A stretch of 64,000 nucleotides of DNA from Felis catus (lineage: Eukaryota): contig NC_058368.1 of NCBI RefSeq assembly GCF_018350175.1, positions 183,460,001 to 183,524,000 on the forward strand, written 5' to 3'. Below the pieces are notes generated by a model. The model was given only the letters and a program-made list of their open reading frames with translations. It was not told where the DNA came from and did not search any database. Of the stretch, positions 1 to 12,558 are shown piece by piece. Positions within the stretch are counted from its first letter, which is position 1. Every line of letters begins with the position of its first letter. The position numbers were made by a program, and so were the translations under genes.

Positions 1-913
1 ACAGCTACCTAATATGTGTAGTTAAACTACATGTTACATGTAGTTAAACTACGTGCTACTTTAAACAAAGATATAAGTATCTGGATATTACTTTTAGAGC
101 CATTTTCACTCTTAGGAGTTGCAAGCTTTTAAACACAGTTCTGAGTGGCAATCTTGTAATACAAAGTAACATAAAATGACAACCTCTAAAAGTGTGTATT
201 ATATTTATCAAAATTAAATATCTGTTAAAACAATCCTTCTTACAGCATGGCAAGTGAGAAATAACACGCATACACATAACTTAAAACAGAAAACATCTGT
301 TCTATATTTCATGAGGAGATCATTATTGAAAATATAGGTCAATTAATTCTTTGTTAGTTTTTCACTTTTCAGGGATTACTTTAGACCCCCAGATTCTGTT
401 CAAGGAAGTAATTAGTGAAAACAGTGAAATCAATTGTTAAATAATTCTGTCAAAAATAAAGATAAAAAGGAACTGCTCCTAAGTTCAGCTTCTTTTCCCT
501 ACTTGGTTTCACTGCACACATATCAAGGCATCCGACATTCATGCTGTAGGCTTCATTGTGCTGACCACATCTCATCCATGCCATCCCCTAGATTCCTGGC
601 AAATGTGACCTCCTTTCCTTTCATAATTGCCACCATCTCAATTTATACCAGGGCCAAGGAAACTATTTTCCAAATGTCTCTTCATTTTAGGTCACTTCTT
701 GAGGATCTATCATCTTTACTATATTCAAAAGTGTTTTATTACTCACACCTAGCAGTAAAAGGTTTGTGAAGTCAAGCTGGCCTCTAATATTCATAGTGGC
801 ATTTATTGCTAACATTGAGTATTGCATTGTTGTACTAATACATGTTTTTCCATGATGAAACATGACATAATAGATATGCCTGAATGGTGAGATGAAGATA
901 AAATCCTATTTTA

Positions 914-1133
914 TTTTTTTTTCAACGTTTTTATTTTATTTTATTTTTGGGACAGAGAGAGACAGAGCATGAACGGGGGAGGGGCAGAGAGACAGGGAGA
1001 CACAGAATCGGAAACAGGCTCCAGGCTCTGAGCCATCAGCCCAGAGCCTGACGCGGGGCTCCAACTCCCGGACCACGAGATCGTGACCTGGCTGAAGTTG
1101 GACGCTTAACCGACTGCGCCACCCAGGCGCCCC
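914..1133 (-). mobile_element. Young felid CanSINE (SINEC_Fc-type)
   Basis: Reverse complement of GGGGCGCCTGGGTGGCGCAGTCGGTTAAGCGTCC head, CT-rich segment and poly-A tail; CpGs retained; flanked by TSD TAAAATC(C/T)TATTTTA. Confidence 0.95.
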
Positions 1134-2554
1134 TAAAATCTTATTTTAAATTGCCTCCTGAGCATGATTACAAATTTGTATCATTAATAATAGTAGGTAT
1201 TTTTTGTATACACCAAATTGTCCTCTTAATAATTTGTTTTTGGCCAACTTATAGGCAGATCAGATCATAACTGTCTGACCTCATTATACTGGCAACCGAC
1301 AGTTTATGATTAATTCTGTGGCATTGCTGTCATTTTTGTTGGTTGCTTATGCTTGCTTTATTACAATGAACTTCAAATATTTGGTAAAGCATTCATACAT
1401 TTTGTAAAGTTAAGCTTAAAGCTGGATAATAGAATTCATGAATCCACTATCAGATAGGCATGAATGTCAATAGATACAGTGAACCAAATGCTAGAAGAAA
1501 TGAAAGATGGACCACCATTTCCACTGGTTTGAAATCTCCACACTCCCCTAAGGATACTTTACTGACTATATATGATATGAAACTGTATGACACCCAGACC
1601 AAATTGCCAGTGCCAGAAAAACCCATAGAGTACTGCAAAGCTCACTACTGTAACACTGTAAATTAAAAACAAACATAAGGAGTTCAAATATTGTGTTCAA
1701 GATCTCAATGGATTGTGATGTCCAATGTAATTCTAAAGCACAGATCTGATCATATCCCTCTACTTAATAAAAATTGGAGGGATTCTCCACTGCTTTAGCA
1801 AATTATTTTCACATTTCATATATTCTTATGTTTCCTAATTTTTATATACGTGCCCTCTATTCTAATCACTTAGAAATACATATATTTTCAAAATATATAC
1901 CGTATCCTCACATTAATGGGTTTCTGTTTAGACTTTACCTTCCATCTTAAATATGTACTACAATTACCATTTCTATCTGTCAAAATGCCTCAATGGAATT
2001 TCTTTAGATTTGTTAAATAAATTAATTTCTAATGCATATTTCCTTTGGTCATATATCTTTCATAAAACTAACCATGTAGTGATCAGAAGAGGGTGTGGAT
2101 TAACACATAGTATAACTATTCCCTCAGCCATATGCAAGAGGCAATGGACAAGTGAAATGAACTGGGATGTTTCCTTTGCCCTAGAGTTGCCCTAAGTAGA
2201 CTAGCAGAAGATCAATACCAGGAGCCTCAGGTTCACAATTTCTGAAACGATATGCCTTCAAAATATGGATGTTCAGCAAAATGGCTAAAATATTCTACTG
2301 ATCAACATTCTATTGATAAAATTAAATCATGGTACTTTCAACTATGACTTTTTTCCCTTAACTTTAAGCATTTTGTTTCACCATAGCTATTCCTTAAGCC
2401 GTTGGTACCCTAATTACTACATGTACTAGAATACATAATTTCTCTTTCAATTTGTTTTAGTTACTTAAGGTTGCATATAGTTGAATGTCACGTATCTCAA
2501 AGTACAAAATGATTTCTGGGAGTGAACAACTGTGAGAGCCCATCATATTCTATG

Positions 2555-2880
2555 CTAATAATCGACAACATTTTTCTATAAAGGTACAGGCAGTAAATGT
2601 TTTAGTGTTTGTGGAACATAGGGTATCGGTTGTAATTATTCAGCTCCAATGTTGTAAATCACACATAAGCAAATGAACCTGGACATATTTTAATACATTT
2701 CTGTCTACAGACACTTAACTTTTAATTCAATATACTTTTCATATGTCAAGAAATATTCTTCTTCTTTTGACTTTTTTTCAAGCACTAAAAATGTTTAAAA
2801 GCATCCAGAGCTCAAGGGCTGTACAAAAACAGTCATTGGACTGCATTTGAACCATGGTCCCTACTTTACCACCCGTTGTT
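2555..2880. mobile_element. hAT-Charlie MITE remnant (MER58B-like)
   Basis: Degenerate match to recalled MER58 pattern (tttctataaagg...gtaaatgttttag...ggctgtacaaaaacag...). Confidence 0.65.
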
Positions 2881-3433
2881 CTAGGTCACTGGTATCCAAA
2901 TCAGTTGTGCTTCTGCCCAATGCACTAATTTGTGAGATAAATCAGAAGTGAGGAGGTAAGACTCCATAAGAGAACAGTATCGCTTTTAACTTCTTTTTGT
3001 TTACTTGCTTGCTGGGTTAATTTGGTAGATATGTGTGGAAATACGGTTCCAGTGCTATTTTTTTCTTTTCTTTTTATTATTATTATTTTTGAATACTACT
3101 GTTCTGAAAGAAAAAAAAAAGAACTAGGCATCTGAATAGGGTGAAGTCAGAAACACAAATAAGAAGCTTACTTGAAGGATAAGCTTAGTTACTTCTAGTA
3201 TCTGTTCTAACTGAAATAGCTAGGCCAGATGGAAAGACGTTGGCATAGTCAGGGTAGATTGGACAGACAAAATGGCTAAGGTTAGAGAAGCCAAGCCTAC
3301 CTTGAAGAGTGGCTAGAGCAGCAGAATGCATAACTGGGTCAAGTGGAGTAGCTCTGGGAACAGATGTGGTAGTTGCATAAAAGTCATCTTGGAAAAGTGA
3401 ATTTTGAGGGACAAAAAGTAGGGTGAGGGATAC

Positions 3434-3645
3434 TTTTTTAAAAAAATTATTTCTTGTAAATGTTTGTTATTTTTTAGAGAGAGAGAGATTGAGCAAGGGA
3501 AGGGCAGAGAGACGGGGGCAGAAAATCCATAGCAGGCTCCACACTGACAGCAGGGAGCCCAACATAGGACTCAAACCCATGAACTGTGAGATCATGATGT
3601 GGACCAAAGTTGTACACTCAACTGACTGAGCCACCCAGGCACCCC
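3434..3645 (-). mobile_element. CanSINE
   Basis: Poly-T, GA repeat, ends CTGAGCCACCCAGGCACCCC. Confidence 0.92.
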
Positions 3646-3661
3646 AGGGATCCTGTTTTTA

Positions 3662-3888
3662 TTTATTTAAAAAAAATTTTTTTAAAATATTTATTTATTT
3701 TTGAGAGAGAGAGAGAGGAAAAAGCATGAGTGGGGGAGGGGCAGAGAGAGAGAGAGGGAGACACAGAATCGGAAGCAGGCTCCAAGCTGTCAGCACAGAG
3801 CCTGACATGAGGCTTGAACTCATGAACTGTGAAGTCATGACCTGAACTGAAGTTGGACACTCAACCCACTGAGCCACCCAGGTGCCCC
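3662..3888 (-). mobile_element. CanSINE
   Basis: Full antisense SINE; TSD CAGGGATCCTGTTTTTA on both sides. Confidence 0.95.
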
Positions 3889-3911
3889 TCCAGGGATCCT
3901 GTTTTTAAACA

Positions 3912-4084
3912 TACCCATCTGAGTGGCTCAGTCGGTTAAGGATCCGAATTCAGCTCAGGTCATGATCTCATGGTTTGTGGGTTTGAGCCCTGTGTTGGGC
4001 TCTGTGCTGACAGCTTGGAGCTCAGAGACTGGATCCTGCTTCAGAGTCTGCCTCCCTCTCTCTCTCTGCCCTTCCCCCGCTTAC

Positions 4085-4119
<35 letters not shown>

Positions 4120-4146
4120 AATAAATAAACATTAAAAAAAAATTAA
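3912..4146 (+). mobile_element. CanSINE
   Basis: GTGGCTCAGTCGGTTAAG A-box head, (CT)n, AATAAA and A-tail. Confidence 0.92.
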
Positions 4147-4180
4147 ATGCAGGGACCCAAAGCTTCCTTTGCTTGGATTT

Positions 4181-4347
4181 ATTTATTTACTTACTTACTT
4201 ACTTAATGTTTGTTTGTTTATTTTTGAGAGAAAGAGAGAGCATCAGCATGGAGCCTGACATGGGTCTGAATCTTAGAATTGCAAGGTCATGAAATGAGCT
4301 GGAATCAAGAGCCACAAGCTTAACCTACTGAGCCACCCAGGCGCCCC
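4181..4347 (-). mobile_element. CanSINE, internally shortened
   Basis: Ends GAGCCACCCAGGCGCCCC; TSD CTTTGCTTGG(A/T)TTT. Confidence 0.88.
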
Positions 4348-4994
4348 TCTTTGCTTGGTTTTAAATGAACTTAGCTCTGGCATCTGAAAAATATCGCAAT
4401 TCAACCTACCAAGACTGTAAGCTCCTTGTGTACAGACTCACATTTATTAACTATATATTTTCTATGTGTCTATTAAGTATTTTAAATGCAATGATACTAA
4501 TTTTTTTTTCCAAAGGTGATTGAATGAACTATTAGAACAATATAAAGAAGGCTTGTGCAACAGAACCCACTTTAATGATGAACAACACCCAACTGCTAAG
4601 AAACTACATTATCACAGTAATCAAGCTGTAAATTTGAAACAGAATAAAAGACCTGGTTTCCCAATTTTTGTTCATATGGATCAAGATAATACTAAACAAC
4701 AATGAACTTTAATTTCAAAAGCTCACTTGGTTCTAATATGTTTCAGGACATATTCTCAAAGCTGATAAATAAGAGGAGATATAGTTTGAATTTATGGCAG
4801 TGATTTGAATATCCTTCCTACTTTCCAAATACTAACTGGTCAGGCTATTAAACTGGTGAAATCTAAGAAATTACCTTGTCCATTTTAAATAGTTGAAGAT
4901 ACCTTGGCTGAAGAATTACTAAGTGGCACACAGAATCTCTTTTCTATCTGTGATTAAAAGGAAGGAACAACATTAAAAAAAATCTGGCAGATAG

Positions 4995-5092
4995 GAAGGA
5001 AAGAAGGAAGGAAGGAAGGAGGAAAGGAAGGAAGGAAGGAAGGAAGGAAGGAAGGAAAGAAGGAAGAAGGAAGGAAGGAAGGAAGGAGGAAA
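4995..5092 (+). repeat. (GGAA)n microsatellite
   Basis: Imperfect tandem GGAA array seen directly. Confidence 0.95.
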
Positions 5093-5801
5093 GATGAGAG
5101 AGGAAGTAAGGAAGTACGGTAGTTTACTGTATTTTAAATATTTAGGAACACCTTTTGAGTAAGAAAACAGAAGCTCTGAATTCTAGAAACGTATTTACTC
5201 TCTTAACATTACAAGGCATATTGGGAAGTCAAAGAGCATATATGACTGACAGCTTTTGAGAGTTTTTCCAGCTTTCCTCCCAATGGACCCAATTTTGTCT
5301 CCCTGATTTAAGCTAAAACACAAAATAATAGTTTGTTGTCATTTTCAGCTTTAAATTACTTGACCTAACTAAAGGCTAAGATAAAGATGTAAAATCAAGC
5401 CATTGAATTTGAGGCAAGATTTCACCTTTGAGGTTACTACAGCAATTAGCACTTCTACTATTATGTTAAAAATCACTTAATAGGACACCACTAAAAATAT
5501 AACCCTTGCAAATCACAGTATTTTCTTATGTTTTCATTGAAATGCCATGTGATATAAGAGAAAGTAATTTTGCAGTACTCTAGAGTCTAATTTACTTTTT
5601 TAACAAGTGCCATGCTGAACAATGTTCCTTGACAAAAATAAATGGTTCTTTCACAGACACTTTCAAACAAGGCAATATACTCAAACTTGTGGAAAATATT
5701 TAAAGAAAGATATATCTTGACATTGAAATATTTTGGGTGATGGCCAAAATATATGGGACAGGTGGTTTTTAACATATAAAGGAGTCACTTGCATGTCACC
5801 C

Positions 5802-6347
5802 TGATAAAATATGGGCATGATGGGAGTCAGAGCTGATGGCCAACAAAGGATTCTTCAAAATGTCTTTGATGCAAAAAGGCAACTTTATTAAAGCACAGGG
5901 ACAGGGCCTGTGAGCAGAACAAACTGCACTGGGATTGTGAAGAGTGACTGGTTATATACTATGGATTTGGGGGAGGTAAAGTCAAGAGGAAATTTCTTAA
6001 AGAGATTTCCATTGCTAAAGACTCACAGATTACTGGAGGCCTATATTGTCAAGCTAAGGATGTTTCTCCTTCCAGCAAAGCATTAACATTAAGACAATTT
6101 CTGGACATTAGGCTATAGATAAGATTGTCCTTCTCTTTTTATTGTACTAAGATATTGGTAAACTGATGGAGACTCTATCAGTTTAACCATTTGGTTTCTG
6201 TCCTTTCCTTTGTTCTTGGTCAGCCAAGGACTCCTGAAGAATATTACACATCTCACCTTAGACTGGGGGGGGGTGGGGGGGGGCAGGTGAGAGAGCGGCA
6301 GTGCTACCTTGTGTGTGGCCCTCAGCTTGCCTTATGGTCCCTCATCA
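5802..6347 (-). mobile_element. Carnivore ERV solo LTR
   Basis: TGA...TCA ends; antisense TATA (ttatatac) and polyA signal (tttatt); 3' half homologous to the LTR at 9905-10335; near-TSD ACCC/ACTC. Confidence 0.8.
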
Positions 6348-6839
6348 ACTCCACCTTCCTTTACTTTGGACACACCATTTTCATTCTACCACCTATACTA
6401 ATTTGCTGAAAATTAAATGGTAAAACTAGAAAATATAAAAGAACTTGTACATTTGTGTAGCATGTGGATTTAGTAATGAAAAAGCAATTTGACTACACAA
6501 AATATATGAACATTCTGTCCAGGAAAACCCTTCCTTACAATTTAGAAGGTTTCCTCTTCATTTGGTCACATTGCTTAAGGTTCTTCTCATAAGAGACACA
6601 TCTCAATTAACAAAAAATCCATTGAAGCCGGAGAAATTGTTGTCACTATTAGTTATTCATATACTTGTATACAAAATTTCATCAGATGACTGAATTTTGC
6701 TAAGTTTATATGCCCTAAAATAGCTTTGATTTTAGTTTACATGTTTCAGATCTGAGGAATCATGTGATTTTAGTTAAATAGGCTTCTTGCCTCAGGGAAG
6801 GACAAATTTGGGTAAAGCAGCAGGGTGGAAGTCTTAAGG

Positions 6840-7015
6840 CAATTGTTTTCAAAGTGTGGCTCTGGGCCAATAACATCAACATCCACTGGGAACTTGTTAG
6901 AAATGCAAATTTCCTGGTGAACCAGAAATTCTAAGGGGGTGGGGAGCAGAGATCTGAGTTTAACAAGACTTCCAGATGATATCAACACATGATTATTTCT
7001 GGAAAGCACCAGTTT
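6840..7015. mobile_element. MER5A-like hAT-Charlie MITE
   Basis: ttttcaaagtgtgg...catcaacatccactgggaacttgttagaaatgcaaatt motif typical of MER5A. Confidence 0.8.
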
Positions 7016-7782
7016 AGGGCAGTGGGAGAGACCCAGGGGACTTGAGAAGAAAACCATTAGGAGGTAGGTAATAAACACAGAAAGCAGGACAACTTTCCTT
7101 ATTTCAAAAAATTTCCAAGGATTTATTGGGCATTGGGATATCTCAGCATACCAGGCAATGTTCTCCTTTGAGATCAGTCTAGGAGGAAAGAAGATTAACT
7201 GAGGCAAATAACAGGCTCTGATATCCTAACCATCTCTGCTTCTGAACACTGAGTGTAGGTGCTTTGTGCTTCTTCCAGCTTGTCTCTTTCATATTACACT
7301 GCCCTCCACAAGAAAAATCACATGTGAGGTACAGTGAGCTTGCCAAAGAGATGTGATGTGGTCATTATAGCACCCAACTACAGACCTGCAGTGTCTTAGG
7401 GCATCAGAGGCCTGGTCTTGTGTACCTCAATCCCTGGTCTGCCATCCCATCTTCAGATTTTAACGACTATTCTACCTCAAGACTATTATGCTTCTATCCT
7501 CAATGTGTCTTCACTTGGCATTCAGCAGCAATTCTCTCCTGGTTCGACTCTGAACTTAAACTCAAGTATTCCTTCTTCATTCCTTTAGCTCATGTATAAC
7601 TGAAGCTTTCATTCTGCCCCTTGATCCTCTGAGCTATGATAATTTCCTTTTTCTGAACTATAATAACTTGACTTGACCTCATTGCAGTCAACCAAGCACA
7701 GCCCAAATGTCACCCTCCCCATGTCTCTACTTAGTTTTTAACTCTAGCTTCCCCAACCTTTCTAATCCTATCTATTCCCAGT

Positions 7783-8270
7783 ATGACAGGAGAAGACAGG
7801 ATTCAGTAGGCAGAGAAAGACTAGGGCCTGAGGTCTCTGGGTGGGGAAAAACACCTATCTTGGAACAATGCTGGGAGTGTCTGACCACAGCAAGCTCCCT
7901 CAGGCATAAGGTTCCTCTTAAAAATATAACAGACCCCACCTACTCCCACTAAGGTTCCCCTCAGGAATTTGACAAAAGACCTAAGTATGGCCTAGACCAC
8001 CCCTCATACAATGGAAAGGAGCCAATCTGGAATGGGTGACCCAGTACCTAGAGCTATCAAGCCAATAAAGATAGAACCTGAGAAGGAAAAAGGGGGAAGA
8101 GAAGGGAGAAGACTGACCAGAAGCTAATTTCCATTGTCCTTGGGAATTCATTTTTGAATGTCCCCTCTTTGTAAAGATAGCTTTCATACTATTCTTACTT
8201 TCTAATGTCATATTCTAATTAACTTTTGCCTGCTGCTCATTTTGTGTCCCTCGAGGTAAATCCTGCAACA
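7783..8270 (+). mobile_element. Probable ERV solo LTR
   Basis: GC-richer ~490 bp block with two CCAAT boxes and an LTR-like end (ttttgcctgctgctc...cctgcaaca); subfamily not identified. Confidence 0.5.
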
Positions 8271-8977
8271 TCATCACACTACTTTTAGTGACTAGTTTAT
8301 CACTAGACCAAGGGCCAACTCATTTTCACAAGAATTAGCTGATATTTCTCCCATCTATCCTTGTGGTCTCCACTGACAGATGTGACTATCAGAGAGTACT
8401 TTGTTTTCTTTACAGAGAGCACCCAAAACCATTAGCCTCTGTATTTAGACCTTCAGTAGGCTCCAATTTCTAAATTTGGTAAATTCTATGCTCCTTCTAT
8501 AAAGAAAAAGGATAGATAGTTGTAGATCATCAACTATATAACTAGATGCAGGAAATACAGTCCTACTATGCTACTTACAAGAGATATAGCACTGAAGCAG
8601 AGAGAGAAAATGCATTCAATGAATTTACATCTTTGGAAGGTTACAAATACTAATAAAATCATAATACAAATTATTTAATCACAGCTACTGTAAGGGGGAC
8701 ACATAGGATATAATAGAAAAAAAACATTTTTAAGACTGAAGCTTATTTAGGGTCCAGTAACATTTCCTTGAAGAAGTAGGATTTAAGCAAAGACATCTAA
8801 AATAAATAAGAATTATCTACAAAAAGCTGAATATTGGGTAAGAGGTATGGCAATCCAGAGTTTATATAAATATGTTCAGGCAAAATATTTACATCATGCT
8901 TTCAAAGAAGAGAAAGCACAGAATGTAGAGCTTGAGGAACAGTCTTCCTGTTGCAACAAATTATTAAGGCTGTTAAA

Positions 8978-9203
8978 TAATATATTTATATATATATTAT
9001 AATATAATATAATATAATATAATATAATATAATATAATATAATATAATATAATATATATAATATATATTATATAATAATATATATAATATATAATTATAA
9101 CTATAAATATATAATTATATATTATAATTTATATATATTATATAATATATACATATAATTATAATTATAAATATATAATATAATATATATAAATAATATA
9201 AAT
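8978..9203. repeat. (TAATA)n/(TA)n AT-rich low-complexity tract
   Basis: Almost pure A/T; bracketed by 19-bp direct repeat AATTATTAAGGCTGTTAAA. Confidence 0.95.
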
Positions 9204-9309
9204 AATTATTAAGGCTGTTAAAACAGGCAAAAAGGAAATGGATCATGTATGAATAAAAATACCATTTAGTTTTTCTTCCAAGTATAGCTAGGAATCATCT
9301 AAACCTTGC

Positions 9310-9455
9310 AAGTCAAAGTGTCATTCATGAAGCCCTGGTATCAATGAGAACTTGTTAGAAACACAAACTCTCTGACTCCACCCAGAGTAACTAATCAAAA
9401 TCATTTTACAAATCTTCCAGTGATTTAAGTGCACTCTAAAGTTTAAGGAATACTA
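9310..9455. mobile_element. MER5A-like remnant
   Basis: tcaaagtg...gagaacttgttagaaacacaaactctc...aaagtttaaggaatact. Confidence 0.6.
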
Positions 9456-9479
9456 TAAAGATGTAAGCAGGAATAACAT

Positions 9480-9790
9480 CAACTAATTTAGATATTGTAA
9501 CATCAAGGCTATATGAACTCCAGGTTTGGTAATGAGTAGGTAAAAAGAGTGTACTCAGAAAAGCCAATTAATGTTCAGTTTTTTGGACTATAATATTACT
9601 GTGGACTAAAGGATTATTAGTGTAAATTACTGGCTTGAAATGTATTAAGGAAGTTAATTTCAGGATTTGGGGATTGGCCAGCCAATGAAGGATGAGGCTG
9701 AATGAGGAGTTACAGATGGCTCCAAAGGTTTCTTCCCCACCAAATGATACTGTCCTCACTGACAGAGAATTCTGCAGAAGGAACAGATCT
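9480..9790 (-). mobile_element. L2 fragment
   Basis: caggatttggggattgg...gatggctccaaaggtttct... resembles antisense L2. Confidence 0.45.
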
Positions 9791-9904
9791 TACAGACCAT
9801 ACTGGGCATGTACAAAAATGTCATGTTAAGAAAATTAATACCTAATATTTAGAGGATTTTACTGTTCAAAAAAGTGTTTTCCCACATATTATTTTACTTG
9901 TTTC

Positions 9905-10335
9905 TGATATGGGAAACAAAGGCAGAAGGAAATGGCAGATAAATTTAAATTTCTGTATAGCCTACAAGCCATTGGCAAAGACTTGAGGCAGGCAGAGTAA
10001 AACATTTCTCCAGGAACTCCCTCTGTCTTAATGCTAATGCTTTGCTAGAGGGAAAAACAACCTTAGCTTGACAATAGCTAGGCCTCCAGGATCCTGTGAG
10101 TCTTCTTCACACATGAAAATCTCATTGGAAACTTCCCCTGGACTTTACTTCCCCCAACTGCATACTATATAACCAGTCTCTCCTCATGGCCCTGGGTAGC
10201 TCTTCGTGCCTGCCAGTCCTGTACTCTTACTTTAATAAAATCACCTTTTTGCACCAAAGATGTCTTCTAGAATTCTTTCTTGGCTGTCAGCTCCGGACTC
10301 CACAAAAACCCCCCATCACCCCCAAAACCTCATCA
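9905..10335 (+). mobile_element. Carnivore ERV solo LTR (431 bp)
   Basis: TGA...TCA termini, TATATAA box, AATAAA, perfect 5-bp TSD GTTTC (9900-9904 and 10336-10340). Confidence 0.9.
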
Positions 10336-12430
10336 GTTTCTACCATCATGCCACTTAAGGGTGAGATTGAAGGGCAGAGGCAGTGTAAGAACGTTCTTGC
10401 AACAAGAAGAACAAGTACAAAGATGTAAATGGGTAACAGTAGAAGCAAGCAGGTCAAAGGGCTCTTGCCAGAAGAAAGGGCGCTCATTTGGACCAGGATG
10501 AGAGCCATGGATATGGATCAAAATAGGCAGCTCTCTTCTTCAAATAGAACTTACAAGACACATGAATGAAGATGGCACCCACGAAGACGTGGTGAGTTGA
10601 AGACACAATCTTAAAATCATGAGACAGGTCAAGTCTGGCAATGTAATAAACAGGCCTTGTTCAGAAGTCATGATGAGACACTGACTAAAAGAGATTGGCT
10701 AAAACAAAACCATAACCAGAAACACAGAAATAAGCACTGAATTACTCCAAAAGTTTGAGGCAAAGTAGAAGAGAAACTAGAAAAGGACTTTATTTTCTTG
10801 GCCATTTATATAACAACATAGATTCTTTTTAGTTAATAAACAGTAGAATTTATAATCATTTAATCATTTTCAAAACTTGAAATAAGTAATAGAGTCTTAC
10901 CATTAAAATATTTGTAAAGTTTTTTCTCCTAAAATATGTGTTTGTACATTTTAGTTTGTATAGTTTGCATTTCAGTTTGTATATGCCATTTATGACATTA
11001 TAGCTGTATACCTTGTTGCTTAGATATTATTTCATAAATCATATATTGGCAATGATTTCTTTAAAAGTAATATACTTACAAGACTAAACTAGAATTTTTC
11101 TGACAGCAATGCATGAATAAAAAATATTTCAAATATTTCTTTGTTTTATTTTTCTTTCTATAATATGTAAATATTAAATATACATTTAATTTTATATTAC
11201 TTTAATTTCCATTAAATAGCATATTTAGCTTCATTTGGTCACTAATTTTTAAGTTTCTTGAATTTGTACTTATTTATTTTTATTTATTTTTATTTGTTTA
11301 ACTTTATATCAGACAAAAATGCAATCCCACAAGAAGAAACGTAATAAACATTGCCTATGAAAGGGAGAATTTCCATGGTAAAGTTGTAAATGATGAAGAA
11401 CTGTGAAACAGTGTCAAGGAGCAGGAAGAAAAGCTATTGCCCAAATAAGAATAGACAGAAACAGAGTGCTCATGGCTATAGAACATGCAGAAAAAAGACT
11501 GTAGCCTGTACTGAAATTCTCATCACCTAAAATTGTCAGACAAACCATTTTAGGAATATTAGTAATATTATAAGAGGAAAAAATAACCTAAAAGTGACTA
11601 CAAATGATCAAACAACAACCCAGAATACCAAATGTTCAGAGAGGTTTCACCGAAGGGTGAGCTATTCTTATGAGTGTGGTTTGAAGAAAAATACTTTCAT
11701 CCACAATGTATGATATCCCAAATCTAATATCAGGAATACAAAAGACTTATTGTGGATTATACAATTAAAATAATAGAAACAAAAGCAATAACAACAATCA
11801 TAATATATGGCAAAATTATCTGGCCTGATTCCATGACTTCTTTTGTTTGACAAATACATTTATTATTACAGGAATGAAATTACTATCACTTTTTAAAAAA
11901 CTTCTCCCATGGGCTCAGTGTGGATCTTATAAATGATACAAGAGTTTTGGAACCTGGACAAAGTACTTCACAAAGAAAGAGAAAAACCAACAGATGCTGA
12001 TTTCACCAGAGGATACTATGTCTGACACTCATCTTCCCTTAAGGAAATGAACAAAATGAAAGAATCATCGTAGTCTTTCAACAGAGCAAAACTAAATGTC
12101 TTTGCAAAGAGATCCTTCTTCTGTACATGTGTGGAATGAAATTATGAGTACTGAGAATTTTTAATGGTCTACCATTGGAGAATCTATAGTACATTCATCA
12201 AAGTTTCTCTCTCGGATAACAAATTATAAACATGAAGACAAATCAAAGGCCTGAAATCATGATTTTGTTTTTCAAAGTTTTCAAATGTCTTAATAGGACC
12301 CAAGGCAGGAAAACCCCCAGAGTAGTCAATGGCAGGGCAGCTGCACAAAGTGAAAAGTATCCGGATTGTACATGTTTACATTCTTACTTCATTCACTAAA
12401 ATCTTAGGAAATTTTGTTAACTCATTTTTT

Positions 12431-12558
12431 TTTAATGAATTGTTTTTTGGAGAAACATATATGTGAATGATGTGGCTATAGTGCTCAGAATTTTCCAGTC
12501 ATCTGTTCAATTAGAATCATTTTCCATTTTAAGGGTAAATGATTGACTCTAAGCTCAA
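12431..12558 (+). repeat. Local duplication, copy 1 (128 bp)
   Basis: Ungapped match to 14030-14157 with 9 mismatches counted by eye. Confidence 0.9.

Noticed and set aside
434..855. 111-aa ORF and an overlapping hydrophobic frame
   Set aside because: No recognisable domain, multiple stops in neighbouring frames, no clear exon boundaries
1450..1655. Minus-strand hydrophobic ORF with faint V1R/T2R-like TM1-TM2 pattern (GTGNL...KPVEMVVHLS) after an acceptor-like site
   Set aside because: No downstream GPCR motifs in any frame, and hydrophobicity is expected from AT-rich DNA; only a BLASTx hit would revive it
6770..7207. 145-aa minus-strand ORF
   Set aside because: Spans a MER5A remnant; non-ATG start; chance frame
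8416..8478. 63-nt + strand AG...GT exon-like segment
   Set aside because: Stops in all three frames and only a moderate donor (GTAAAT)
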